Assembly: GCA_965226375.1 (NCBI GenBank)
Contig: CBDDCX010000008.1
Coordinates: 1,600,001-1,664,000, forward strand
DNA length: 64,000 bases
Origin: Longimicrobiales bacterium
GTDB lineage: Bacteria; Gemmatimonadota; Gemmatimonadetes; Longimicrobiales; Gaopeijiaceae
Direction: 5' to 3'
The notes under the pieces were generated by a model, which was given only the letters and a program-made list of their open reading frames with translations, was not told the DNA's origin and searched no databases. The position numbers and the translations under genes were made by a program. Each line of letters opens with the position of its first letter. The first letter of the stretch is position 1. This document shows, one piece after another, positions 27,974-38,346 of this stretch.

Positions 27974-29446
27974 TTACACACCCTGAAGAAGTCCCGACTC
28001 TTCCATGATCTCCTCACCGATCCGCACCGCCTCGCGAGCGAACAGGTCGAAGTCCTCTCGCCGGCTCCGGTGGTTGCAGATGCAAGCCCGGATGGTGAAC
28101 TGCCCTCTCACGTGGGTGGAGGAGGGCACCGCGATTCCCTGCTCCTGGATGCGCATCAGAAGCTCTCGATTCAGCTCCTCCAGCTCACCCGGATCGACTC
28201 CCGCCGGGGCGAATCGCAGCGCCACCACATTGAGCGCCACCGGAGCCATGAGCTCCAGTCCGGGATCTTCCTCCACCAGGCCTCCCAGGTAACGGGCCTG
28301 CTCCACGTTCTGCGCCACCAGCCGCCCAAACTTCTCGAACCCATGCTCCTTGAGCGTCATCCACACCTTCAGGGCCTTGAAGCCCCGTGAGAGTTGCGGG
28401 CTGCTGAGGTTGGTGGATTCGGGCTGCGCACCGGTCCCCCTGGGCAGCGGCTTGAGGTAGTCGGCGTGCACGGAGAACGTGGCTCGATGGGCTGATACGT
28501 CCCGGATCAAGATGCACCCCGCCTCGTACGGCACGTACATCCACTTGTGAAAGTCGAAGGCCAGCGAGTCGGCACGGTCCATGCCCGACACAAGGCCCCG
28601 CGTCTCGGGCGAGAGGGCCGCCATGGCACCGAAGGCACCGTCGAGGTGGAACCAGAGATCTTCGCGTGCGGCCACGTCGGCGATCGCATCAAGATCATCG
28701 ATGGACCCGGTATTGATCGTGCCGGCGGTGCCCACGACGGCAAAGGGCCTCATGCCCTGTGAACGGTCCCGGGCGATGGCGGCCTCGAGCTCGGGGATCA
28801 CCATCCGTAGTTCGTCGTCGACCGGGATGATCCGGGCCGCGTCCTTGCCGAGACCCAGCAGCTTGGCGGCCTTGAACATCGAGGAATGAGTCTCTGCAGA
28901 GACGTAGAAGACCAACTTGCCCCTCTCAGCCCCCACCCCGCGCTCCGACACGTCGTAGCCGGCTCGGGCGTCCCTTCCGACGGCCAGGCCGATCAGGTTG
29001 GCCACGGAGCCGCCGCTGGTGAACACCCCCGATGCGTCCTCGGGGAATCCCAGTGCCGCCTTCATCCAATTCACCACCTGCTTTTCTACTCGGGCAGCAC
29101 CATCGTTGAAGGGTCCGGGGACTGCGTTCATGCCGGCGGCGAGCATGTCCGCCATCATCCCCGTCGGAGAGCCGGTGCTACCGGCCCACCCCCAGAAGCG
29201 GGGATGATCGGTGCCCGTGGGATACGGGAGGACGAGCTCGAGAAAGTCCTCGTAGGTCGCCTCCACTCCCTGTCCTTCGATAGGACGTGCCTCCCCGAAA
29301 CGGGCATCGACGGCGTCGGGGACGGGGCGCCAAACAGGTCGCTCCCTCACATCGCGCTGAGCGTCGAGCATCTGGTCCACCATCCGGTAAGCAAGGGCCC
29401 GAAACGCCTCCCAGTCCTGAGGATCGAGGGTCTCTTCACTCATCAT
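27974..29446 (-). CDS. Group II PLP-dependent (aromatic amino acid-type) decarboxylase
   Basis: HPRFWGW, SGGSVAN, HSS..KA, HLDGAFG, DFHKW. Confidence 0.92.
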   Translation of the reverse strand: MMSEETLDPQDWEAFRALAYRMVDQMLDAQRDVRERPVWRPVPDAVDARFGEARPIEGQGVEATYEDFLELVLPYPTGTDHPRFWGWAGSTGSPTGMMADMLAAGMNAVPGPFNDGAARVEKQVVNWMKAALGFPEDASGVFTSGGSVANLIGLAVGRDARAGYDVSERGVGAERGKLVFYVSAETHSSMFKAAKLLGLGKDAARIIPVDDELRMVIPELEAAIARDRSQGMRPFAVVGTAGTINTGSIDDLDAIADVAAREDLWFHLDGAFGAMAALSPETRGLVSGMDRADSLAFDFHKWMYVPYEAGCILIRDVSAHRATFSVHADYLKPLPRGTGAQPESTNLSSPQLSRGFKALKVWMTLKEHGFEKFGRLVAQNVEQARYLGGLVEEDPGLELMAPVALNVVALRFAPAGVDPGELEELNRELLMRIQEQGIAVPSSTHVRGQFTIRACICNHRSRREDFDLFAREAVRIGEEIMEESGLLQGV

Positions 29447-29529
29447 CCCACCTCACATTATTCAACCACGATTGTTTGACGATTGTGTCGCCAGAGCGTG
29501 GCCCCGCCCCACATGCACAGCGATCTCGC

Positions 29530-30306
29530 AGGAAGAGGGCGGTGGCGGCCTTGGAGGCGGGCCACACGGCCAGTACGTGGGCCCACAACACGTAGCCGAC
29601 AGCCGCCGGAAAGAGTCCCAGATAGACCACCATGGCCGTGGCCCCGTTGGGAGCGAACCGCACCGCCTCGACGAGGCCTCCGGAAAAGAGCAGCAGCATC
29701 AACGTGCCCGCCCATATGGCATAGGAGGTGAACTCGAGGGGACTGTACTTTTTCATGTAGTGCTTCTGTAGCACGATAGTAGACGGCCCCACCGACCGCT
29801 GCGACCAGGATGAGGAACACCCTCGGGTCGATGCCCACCCCGTCACTGTCTCCCACGGCGATGAGCCCCACGCCAAACAGGCTCACCCCAATACCGAGCC
29901 ATCCGGCTGCCGGAAGTCTCTCGCCGAGGAACGCGGCCGCCATGATGGCCGTGAAGATCGGGATGGTGTTGATCACGAAGCTCCCGGCCCCAGCCGACAC
30001 GGAGAGCTCACCGATGTTCAGCAATAAATGGCATGCGGTGATCCCTGCGCCTCCCGCCAGAAAGATGGCCGGGAGGTCCTCGAGCGCTGGGAGCCGCATG
30101 CGGCTCGCGGCCGCGTAGATCGCCAGAGCCGCCGAGGCCACCAGGAAGCGCAACGCCGCGAGATGCTCCGGTGAGTAGGCGTCCAGTCCGACCCGGATAC
30201 CCGGATACGCCGACGCCCAGAGAAGGAGAGCGATTGCGAGGGGAAGAATCACCTTGGGCTCGAGCGCCGCCCGGCGGGCACCCTCGGCTTCTCGTCCTTG
30301 AGGCAT
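29530..30306 (-). pseudogene. EamA/DMT transporter, frameshifted and 3'-truncated
   Basis: LLWASAYP, LRFL and FLGERL motifs. One extra base at about 29778 shifts the frame. The last TM helices are missing after ASKAATALFL. Confidence 0.8.
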
Positions 30307-31269
30307 CGCGCTGCGGCCGCCTCGTGGATCGGCCGGACCGGCCTGGAGGCGCCGCCGGAGCGGATTATCGTCACCGCCGGCGGCCAGCACGCCATGACTG
30401 CACTCTTCTCCACCCTGCTGCGCCCGGGTGATACGATTCTGGCCGGCGAACTCACCTATCCTGGCATGAAGGCCCTCGCTCAGATGCTCGGGCTCCGCAT
30501 CCGCGGCGTGGCCCTGGACGATGAGGGCATTCGGCCCGACGCACTGGATGAGGCTTGTCAGGATGGCGGATCCAGCGCCCTCTACTGTGTCCCCACGCTC
30601 CAGAATCCGACCTGCGCGGTCATGTCCGAAGAGCGGCGGCGTCACATCGCTGAGGTGGCCAGACGGCACGACCTGTTGGTCGTCGAGGATCATGTCCATG
30701 CCTTCATGGTCGACGACGAACCCCCTCCCCTGGCCGTCTTCGCACCGGAGCGGACGATCCACTTGAGCACGATCTCCAAGTCGGTAACGTTCGGGCTCCG
30801 CATCGGCTTCCTCGTCGCTCCGGACCATCTGGTGGACCGCATCCGTGCGGGAGTGCGCTCCACCATCTGGATGCCCCCTCCTCTCATGACCGAGGTGGCG
30901 ACGCGCTGGCTGTCCGACGGCACGGCGGAGCACGTTGCAGCCGCGAAGAGAGCGGAACTCCAGGCCCGCACCGCCATTGTCCGCGAGGTCCTCGGCAGTC
31001 GTTATGAGGTGCGCGGTACGGATGCGTCCATTCACCACTGGATCCACCTTCCCGACCCCTGGCGAAGTGACGAGTGCGTGGCGCAAGCACGTCAGCGAGG
31101 GGTGCTGGTGGCCGGGGCCGAGGCGTTCGCCGTCGGGCGGCGGGACGTGCCCCACGCCGTGAGGGTGTGCGTCGGATTGGTCCCCGACCGAGAGGATCTC
31201 CGGCGCGGGCTCGAGACTCTCGGAGACGTGCTCGAGGGTTGCTGCGACCCCTGTGTCGATATCCTGTGA
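30304..31269 (+). pseudogene. MocR/GntR PLP-dependent regulator, N-terminal HTH region deleted
   Basis: HRAAAASW, T.GGQHA, PTLQNPT, SKS...GLRIG aminotransferase-like domain. No wHTH upstream, and it directly abuts the divergent EamA start. Confidence 0.8.
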
Positions 31270-31290
31270 TGCTAGCCCACGAGGAGTAGC

Positions 31291-31797
31291 ATGGAGATTC
31301 AAGACGTGGGCGAGTTCCTCAAGTATCTGTCGAGGGTGCGGCAACGCACATCGGGTGTCGTCTCGTGCATTACCGAGGCATCCCTCGAGTGGAGTCCCGG
31401 AGCGGGATTCTTTACCCCCGGGGATCTCGTGCGCCATATCGCGGGAGCCGAACGCTGGATGTGGGCCGAGAACGTCATGGGGCGACCGAGCCGATACCCC
31501 GGGCACGGGCCCGAGCTGGCGTCGGGCCTCGACGCCGTGGTCGAGTACATGCGGACGCTGCACGCCGAAGCTGTCGAGATCTTCCAAGGCCTCGAGCCCG
31601 AGCAACTCCAGGCCAAGTGCGTCACGGTGGGCGGCACCGAACTGATGATCTGGAGGTGGCTCCGGGCCATGGTGGAGCACGAAATCCATCATCGTGGGCA
31701 ACTCTACACCACGCTCAAACTCGCCGGGGTCGAGACTCCTTCCCTCTACGGCTTGACCGAGCCGCAGGTGCTGGAGCGTAGTCGACCGAGCGAATAA
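31291..31797 (+). CDS. DinB family protein
   Basis: DLVRHIAGAE and EHEIHHRGQL. GAGGAG RBS. Confidence 0.88.
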   Translation: MEIQDVGEFLKYLSRVRQRTSGVVSCITEASLEWSPGAGFFTPGDLVRHIAGAERWMWAENVMGRPSRYPGHGPELASGLDAVVEYMRTLHAEAVEIFQGLEPEQLQAKCVTVGGTELMIWRWLRAMVEHEIHHRGQLYTTLKLAGVETPSLYGLTEPQVLERSRPSE

Positions 31798-31879
31798 CTG
31801 AGACCCGAGCGAGTGATCACCGCGGTCGAAACGACCGAATGATTCGAGTCCAACGACTGATCAGCAGAGGAGAAGGTGG

Positions 31880-32410
31880 ATGACGACGATGATGAGGTGG
31901 TTTGATCGATCCTTTGCGCTCGGGCTCGGCAACGAGCTTCTGCCCATGATCCTGGAGCGTCTCCGGGGCACACCGCCGCGCCTGGAGCTTCTGGTCCGCT
32001 CGATCCCAGCGGAGGAATTGACGGCGTCCCACGACGGAACGTGGTCGATCCAGGCGAATGTGGGACATCTCTTCGACTTGGAGCCACTCTGGTACGGCCG
32101 GCTCGAGGATCTGATAGCCGGAGCCGAGGAGCTTCGTCCCGCCGACCTCACCAACCGGAAGACCCACGAGGCCGACCACGACGGGCGGCCCATCGAAGAC
32201 TTGTTGGCCGATTTTCGGGCCGAGAGGGATCGCCTGGTGGAGCGGGCCGAGACGCTGAGTCCCGAACAACGAGGGGGTACAGCGCTTCACCCGCGGCTCA
32301 AACAGTCCATGAGCATGGCCGATCTGTTCTTCTTCGTCGCCGAGCACGATGACCAACACCTGGCTCGCATCCGAGAGCTGGCGCGTCTCGGAGAGGGGGT
32401 CGCCTCATGA
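31880..32410 (+). CDS. DinB/YfiT family protein
   Basis: WSIQANVGHL.DLE and AEHDDQHL. Confidence 0.85.
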   Translation: MTTMMRWFDRSFALGLGNELLPMILERLRGTPPRLELLVRSIPAEELTASHDGTWSIQANVGHLFDLEPLWYGRLEDLIAGAEELRPADLTNRKTHEADHDGRPIEDLLADFRAERDRLVERAETLSPEQRGGTALHPRLKQSMSMADLFFFVAEHDDQHLARIRELARLGEGVAS

Positions 32411-33036
32411 GTATCGGCGGACCGAGAGAGAGCTGGATCGACCCTGTCGTTCTGGAAGGGGAGCTCGTCCGGCTGGTACCTCTTCGAGCCGACCACGCGG
32501 CGGACCTGTGGAAGGTGGGTCAGCACGAGGACCTGTGGCGCTGGATGCCCTGGACCCTGGACACGGAGAGGGACTTCGAAGAGCTGGTCGCCAGCATCGT
32601 CGCCTGGGCCGAGACCTGCTTCGGCCAGGGCTACGTGACCGAAGTCCGGGACGGTAAAGGAATCGTCGGGAGCACCACGTATCTCAACGCGGACCGGGCG
32701 AACCGACGGGTCGAGATCGGTGCGACATGGATCACTCCGGCCTGGCAGCGAACCGGCGTCAACACGGAGTGCAAGTTGCTTCTCATGCGCCATGCGTTCG
32801 AGGCACTCGGCGCGAACCGGGTGGAGCTCAAGACCGACTCCCTGAACATGCAGTCCCGTGCGGCCATCGCCAGAATCGGTGCCCGCGAAGAGGGGACGCT
32901 GCGCAATCACATGGTGCGAACAGACGGATCCCTGCGACACAGCACGTACTACAGCGTCACCGTGCAGGAGTGGCCAAGGGTCCAAGAGCATCTGCGGCGA
33001 CTGCTCAGAGCGTACGACAGTCCTCTGCCGGCATGA
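32407..33036 (+). CDS. RimJ/RimL-type GNAT N-acetyltransferase
   Basis: VEIGATW...WQRTGVNTECK, N.QSRAAI.RIGA.EEG.LR. Confidence 0.9.
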   Translation: MSIGGPRESWIDPVVLEGELVRLVPLRADHAADLWKVGQHEDLWRWMPWTLDTERDFEELVASIVAWAETCFGQGYVTEVRDGKGIVGSTTYLNADRANRRVEIGATWITPAWQRTGVNTECKLLLMRHAFEALGANRVELKTDSLNMQSRAAIARIGAREEGTLRNHMVRTDGSLRHSTYYSVTVQEWPRVQEHLRRLLRAYDSPLPA

Positions 33037-33042
33037 CCTGAA

Positions 33043-34539
33043 CTAGCGGGGCCAGGGTGCCTCTGGATCGTAGTCGAGCACATGTACGCTCGGGAGCGCA
33101 TCCCGATCGATGATGCGGCCCTCTTTGATCACCATGTTGATGCTTCTGAAGTTTGCGACGTCCGCCAGTGGATCGGCATCGAGCACCAGTAAATCGGCTA
33201 GTTTGCCGACCTCCACCGTTCCCAGGTCATCACCCAAGCCGTAGGCCTCGGCGCCGTTGCGTGTCGCGGCAATCAGGATGTCCATCGGCTCGGCGCCCAC
33301 ATCCTGCAGGCCGATCATTCTATCGAAGTGCATCCTGCCGAGGCGCCCCCAAACGACGGGCCCGAGGTCCTCTGCCTCAGGCCCCTGGTCGGTGGCAAGC
33401 GTGTATCGAACGCCGCCGTCCAACCAAACTTTGACACCGTCGACACGGTCTTCGAACGACGTTCCTGTCATTCCCTGCCGGCGACTTATCATGATTTCGT
33501 TCAGGTAGGGATCGTCGGGATGCTCGATCGGATCCCACTCCGCATAGATGCGCATCTGTTCTTTCTCAGGAATGCTCATGAGCCCGGCGAAGATGCCTTT
33601 GTCCGCGATCGTCTTGATCAGAGACCGAATGGCTTCCTGTTGCTGCGGCGATGCGCTGCGCCACGGTACGCTCATGACATTGGGATGAACGAGCAGATCC
33701 GGTTCGAGTTCGACGGCCAGTCGCAGGCTCTCGACGGTAAAGGTGTGGGTCGTAAACGGGATACCGGCTTCACGCGTTACTTCCCGCATGCTCCGTAGTA
33801 CCGATGGCGAGAACATGAGTGGCTCATGCCCGCCCAGGCCGTGCCCACTCACCCCGACTTTGATGAAATCCACGCCTTTCGCGATGTATCTCCGAAGGGT
33901 CTCCGCGGCTTCCTCAGCGGTCATGGAGAGCATCGCGGGACCGACTTCATCTTCCCAGAGGGCGTTGATGCGCGCCTGAACATCCGGGTGTACCCAACCA
34001 CCATACCGCAGCGAGAGACCGCGCAATGGCCAACCGCCCATGAAGTACGGACTGAAGGGGCCACCGGTGCCGATGATATTCCCCGCCACAAGCACTCGAC
34101 TGCCGACGAACTCGCCATTGTTGATGCGATCTCGTGCTTCCAACAGCGGCTCGAGCGGCCCCCACGTGTCGGGCATGGTCGTCAGACCGTACTTCAATCC
34201 GACCTGCGCGGACTGTATCGCGATGTCGGTCAATCGGTCTTCATACTTGACGTAAAACTCCGGGACGATCATCAGAATCAGGTGAATATTGGAATCGATC
34301 AGGCCCGGCGTAATCCATTTGCCCGTCACATCGATCGTCCGGTATCCGCCTGGAATGGCCACGGCACCCAGCGCACCGACCTGGACGATCCGTCCACCGT
34401 CGACCAACACCACGGCGTTCTCGATGGGCGGCTGGCCGGTAGCTGTGATCACCGTGCCCCCGGTCAGGGCCAACTGCTGAGGGGCTGTGTACGCCGCCGT
34501 GTTGATAACGACTGAAAGGGTCAGCAACAGGTGGCCCAT
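33043..34539 (-). CDS. Exported amidohydrolase family protein
   Basis: PGLIDSNIH, LATD, AATRNGA, G.VEVGKLADL. N-terminal signal-like segment. Confidence 0.88.
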   Translation of the reverse strand: MGHLLLTLSVVINTAAYTAPQQLALTGGTVITATGQPPIENAVVLVDGGRIVQVGALGAVAIPGGYRTIDVTGKWITPGLIDSNIHLILMIVPEFYVKYEDRLTDIAIQSAQVGLKYGLTTMPDTWGPLEPLLEARDRINNGEFVGSRVLVAGNIIGTGGPFSPYFMGGWPLRGLSLRYGGWVHPDVQARINALWEDEVGPAMLSMTAEEAAETLRRYIAKGVDFIKVGVSGHGLGGHEPLMFSPSVLRSMREVTREAGIPFTTHTFTVESLRLAVELEPDLLVHPNVMSVPWRSASPQQQEAIRSLIKTIADKGIFAGLMSIPEKEQMRIYAEWDPIEHPDDPYLNEIMISRRQGMTGTSFEDRVDGVKVWLDGGVRYTLATDQGPEAEDLGPVVWGRLGRMHFDRMIGLQDVGAEPMDILIAATRNGAEAYGLGDDLGTVEVGKLADLLVLDADPLADVANFRSINMVIKEGRIIDRDALPSVHVLDYDPEAPWPR

Positions 34540-34566
34540 ACTTACGATCCTCCCAGCAGGATCAGG

Positions 34567-35682
34567 CTACCAGGCCCCGACGATGGCGCGAATCCAGTCG
34601 GAGAGCACCACCACGTCCTTGAGGTCGATGACCTCGACCGGCGAGTGCGAGTAGCGAAGCGGCCAGCCGAACGGAATGTCCACGACGCCCCATGGGGCCC
34701 ACGCCGACCCGTCGTTGCCGCCATTGGTGGTGCCCACTTGGAGCGGCAGGCCACGTGCACGAACCACAGCCAGGAGCGAGTCGAGGACCGCCGGTGGGGT
34801 AACCGACGAGTTGTCCACGGCCCGAGCCACCGGCCCCATACCGATCGGCGCCACCGCGAAGTTCTGCGGATCGATAGGCGTGTCCGCAGAGACGAACGTG
34901 TCTACCGGATAGACACGATCGGCGTCGAAGCCCAGCGTGCGGGCGGCGTAGGCGCTGCCGACCAAGCCGATCTCCTCCTCGACAACCCACAGAAAGATGA
35001 ACTCGTGTTGCGCGGTGGCAGGGTCCAGCTCCTGGAGAGCCAGGATCTGCGCCGCCGTGCCTACGCGATCATCGAAAGACCGGCTCGTCGCCCGGGTCCC
35101 GGCCAATCGCACGAACTCCTTGGGGTTGGTCACCGTCTGCCCGACCTCGATTCCCATGGCTTCCGCTTCGGCCCGCGACCGAGCCCCTATGTCGACGTAC
35201 GTCGGCCCGGCAGGGGCGAAGCGGCGAGGCTTGCTGGTGTCTGCTCTGGGGACGAAGACGCCGTTGATGGGTGCGTCCTCCTGGTGCACGATAGCGGGCG
35301 TACCCTCCCATAGGGACGGCAAAAAGCCGCCCCGGCTCCGAACGGTGAGCAATCCGTCTTCACCGATCTCCGTGACCTGGAATCCCACCTCGTCCATGTG
35401 GGCCACAAACACCGAGACAGGCTCACCCTGACCCACCCGGACCCAGACGTTGCCTGCCGAATCCACCTCGGGGTCAGCCCAGTCCGGCAGGGCGTCGAGG
35501 ACTTCACCGCGGACCTCACCTTCGTCGCCAGAGACACCGTACGTCTCCACGAGATCTTCCAAGAGGCGAGCCGCATTCTCGATCCGCTGCTGGCTCACCT
35601 GGCCAAGGAGCGGTCCGGCCGACACGGCCAGGATGACTAGGGGGGCCCCCACCGCCCACCGCCTCATGGACACGCCTCTCAT
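34567..35682 (-). CDS. M42 (TET) family aminopeptidase with signal peptide
   Basis: AHMDE, FDDRVG, EEIG, VDT and RYSHSPVE metal-ligand motifs all intact. Confidence 0.9.
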   Translation of the reverse strand: MRGVSMRRWAVGAPLVILAVSAGPLLGQVSQQRIENAARLLEDLVETYGVSGDEGEVRGEVLDALPDWADPEVDSAGNVWVRVGQGEPVSVFVAHMDEVGFQVTEIGEDGLLTVRSRGGFLPSLWEGTPAIVHQEDAPINGVFVPRADTSKPRRFAPAGPTYVDIGARSRAEAEAMGIEVGQTVTNPKEFVRLAGTRATSRSFDDRVGTAAQILALQELDPATAQHEFIFLWVVEEEIGLVGSAYAARTLGFDADRVYPVDTFVSADTPIDPQNFAVAPIGMGPVARAVDNSSVTPPAVLDSLLAVVRARGLPLQVGTTNGGNDGSAWAPWGVVDIPFGWPLRYSHSPVEVIDLKDVVVLSDWIRAIVGAW

Positions 35683-36617
35683 CTCCCACCCCCGATCCAC
35701 GACTCGAGGCTTCGGGTCAGTGCCCTCACCTCTCGGAGGTCGATGGTCTCCACCGGCCAGCCCTCGTACCGGGTCTCCAGCCCCCGCGCCTCCACCGACC
35801 CGAACATGTCGGCAAGACTCCGTGGTGCCGGATAGTCGAGCAGGATCGTCTGCTCGAATGGGCCATGAGCGTTCGCCACGGTCATCAACCCTCGGTGACG
35901 GATGTGGCTCTCGACCACGAAGGCCGCCACCACGGTGCCCTGCGCATTGGGCCGGTTCATGACCGCCCTGGCGAGGGCCGCACACGCACCGCGTTGCCCG
36001 GACTCGGGGCCCGCCAACAGGCTGTCGCCGTATTCGACCGGGGCCTTGAGCATCGACACGGGGTTCACCATATCGATCCCGATGCCCCGGGCCTCGTCGC
36101 CGGTGGTGGCTCCCACGTCCACGTAGGCGTCGTCCACGGTAAACGCATCCATGGAAGAACTCCTGCCACGTGCCAGGTGGGTAGACCGCACTGCCATGAC
36201 TCCGGCAATAGGACCCTGATCGCCCCACACCGTAACGCGGTGCCCCTCATGAGACTGATCGAAGATCCAGGGGGCACCACCCCCTACCCTTCTGAGGGTC
36301 AGCCAGCCGTCGTCCCGAATCCCCCCGACCACGTATCCCCATTCGTCCATGGGGCACGCAACGAGGCGGCGGGGACTCCCCGAACCGAGGACCACAACCA
36401 CACTACCGGCCCGGTCACGCTCTGCCCCGGGCACCAGATCCTCGAGAACGAGGGCGAACGTGCCCTCGTATCCGCTGACGGCCGTGAGTCCCGTGAACCA
36501 GTTGGCGAGATCGGGCCCTTCACGGGCCGTCTGGGCCAGCGCCGGGGTGGCCGAAATCAGAACGGCGGCCACAGAGGCCGCCGTTCCCATCAACGAGGTA
36601 CCACGACACCCGGCCAT
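35679..36617 (-). CDS. M42 peptidase homologue with degenerate active site, signal peptide
   Basis: AVSGYE, CPMDEWG, YVDVGA, PVETID. His, DD and EE ligands are replaced. Confidence 0.8.
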   Translation of the reverse strand: MAGCRGTSLMGTAASVAAVLISATPALAQTAREGPDLANWFTGLTAVSGYEGTFALVLEDLVPGAERDRAGSVVVVLGSGSPRRLVACPMDEWGYVVGGIRDDGWLTLRRVGGGAPWIFDQSHEGHRVTVWGDQGPIAGVMAVRSTHLARGRSSSMDAFTVDDAYVDVGATTGDEARGIGIDMVNPVSMLKAPVEYGDSLLAGPESGQRGACAALARAVMNRPNAQGTVVAAFVVESHIRHRGLMTVANAHGPFEQTILLDYPAPRSLADMFGSVEARGLETRYEGWPVETIDLREVRALTRSLESWIGGGR

Positions 36618-36622
36618 CGCGG

Positions 36623-37765
36623 CTAAACCCAGCCCCGCGAGCGGAATGAACGCAACGTGTCCGACCAGCGCTCCATGTCCTCGGGAAGTCCGAAAGAGAT
36701 ACGTGCGTAGTCGACCATCGGCGGGAACAGGCGACCCACCGCGATGCCCTCCATGTGGAAGCGCTCGATGTAGGTCTCGGGATCACCGTTGATCTCGTGC
36801 ATCAGGAAGTTGGTGTAGCTGGGCAGATAGCCCAGGCCGAGCTCATCCAACGTGTCCTGCACGATCTGGCGCGACCGGTTGTTCATGGCCAGGGTGCGCT
36901 CGATGTGTCCCTCGTCCTTGAGGCTCGCGAGACCGGCCTGGATGCCCATCATGTTGCGGCTACCCTGTGCGATGAACGCCTTGATCCGGTCCACCGTGTC
37001 GGGGTGGGCGATACCGTATCCGAGACGCAGACCCGCCATCCCGTAGATCTTCGAGAACGTCCGGGTGACCAGCACATTGGGCCGCTCGTCGATCCACTTG
37101 ATGGCCGTCCAATACCCTGGCTCCTCCACCAACTCGAAATACGCCTCGTCGATGATGAAGAACACCGAGTCGGGAGCATCCTGGATCCACGCATCGACCT
37201 CGGAGCTGGGCGTGAGCGTTGCGGTGGGGTTGTTGGGATTGCAGATGTAGACCACGGAAGGCCGGCGGGCCCGCTCGGTAGCCTCCCTCATCCGCCCGAG
37301 ATCGTGGGCGTACCGGAAGTCCAGGGGAACCTTGATGAGGTTGTACGGATGGTTGTGCGAGTAATCGAGGGCGTCCTCGAACGTCGGTTCGGCCATGATC
37401 AACGGCATGTTGGGAGACGCCAGTGCCTGGATCGCCGCCTGCAGGACTTCGCTGGAGCCTCCGCCCGTAAAGACGTTCTCAGCCCGCACGCCTAACTTGG
37501 CCGCGATGGCCGGAAAGAGATCCGCCTCCCAGTTGTCCGTATAACGATTGGCCAACGAAATGGCCTCGACGACCGCCTCGCGAGCCACCTCGGACAGGCC
37601 CATGGGGTTCTCGTTCGCGTTCAAGCGAAGGGAGCCATCCGGGGCCAGGTGCGGTCGGGCCGACAAGAGCGCCGACAGGCGGTTCGTCTCGGCGGCCACA
37701 GGGCCTCCGGTAGCAGTGGCGACAGAAGCCAGCGCGCCGGCCCTCAGGAATCCTCTGCGATCCAT
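36623..37765 (-). CDS. Tat-exported HisC-like class I/II aminotransferase
   Basis: MDRRGFL Tat signal, NENP, CNPNNPT, DEAY, TFSKIYGMAGLRLG. Confidence 0.9.
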   Translation of the reverse strand: MDRRGFLRAGALASVATATGGPVAAETNRLSALLSARPHLAPDGSLRLNANENPMGLSEVAREAVVEAISLANRYTDNWEADLFPAIAAKLGVRAENVFTGGGSSEVLQAAIQALASPNMPLIMAEPTFEDALDYSHNHPYNLIKVPLDFRYAHDLGRMREATERARRPSVVYICNPNNPTATLTPSSEVDAWIQDAPDSVFFIIDEAYFELVEEPGYWTAIKWIDERPNVLVTRTFSKIYGMAGLRLGYGIAHPDTVDRIKAFIAQGSRNMMGIQAGLASLKDEGHIERTLAMNNRSRQIVQDTLDELGLGYLPSYTNFLMHEINGDPETYIERFHMEGIAVGRLFPPMVDYARISFGLPEDMERWSDTLRSFRSRGWV

Positions 37766-37869
37766 GGTGCAACTCCTCTGCAATGCGGTATGTCGAGGAC
37801 TGATAATTAGGGGATGGACGGCGGGTTTGCCAGTGTGGCGCGCATGGTCGGAATCGGTGGGGCGATCCG

Positions 37870-38346
37870 TCAGCCTCCGGCGTCCAACGCGGCCGCCCGT
37901 TCACGGGCCTGGCGCACGATCGGCTCGAGCACCGGATCGGCGTCGACCCACATGTCGGCCAGGCGCGTATATGCTCCGGCGGCGGCGGCGCGATTCCCCT
38001 CGGCCTCGTAGAGCCGGGCAAGCCGTTCGAGAGCAAGCGGGATGAGCGGCACCACTTCCCCGTCGGTCCCCAACGCATACCTCTCGAGGGTGCCCTCGAG
38101 CACTCGAATCGCCTCCTGGGTCCTTCCCGCCTCCGCAAGAGCCAGCCCGTGCTCCACACCAAATCGGCAGGAGGGCGCGCACGGCCAGATATCCTCGAAA
38201 AGGTGATCGAATCCGTCCGCAGCCTCGGCCCACCGGCCCGATCCGAAAGCCGCGCTCGCCATGACGACCTGCTCGATAGCCCTGAACTCCCGACCCTGTC
38301 GGGTAACGACGCTCCGCTCGTATCGAGCGAACGCTGAGTCAGCGAC
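37870..38346 (-). pseudogene. C-terminal fragment of a TPR protein (kinase-TPR type tail)
   Basis: LERLARLYEAEG...AY......W.DADP.L.P.V..AR C-terminal pattern. The 5' part is missing at the junction with the M14 gene. Confidence 0.65.

Noticed and set aside
26298..27986. 562-aa plus-strand ORF
   Set aside because: Antisense shadow of the ADOP permease.
29458..31701. 747-aa minus-strand ORF
   Set aside because: Chimeric: only the part below 30306 is EamA, the rest is antisense to the MocR fragment and DinB.
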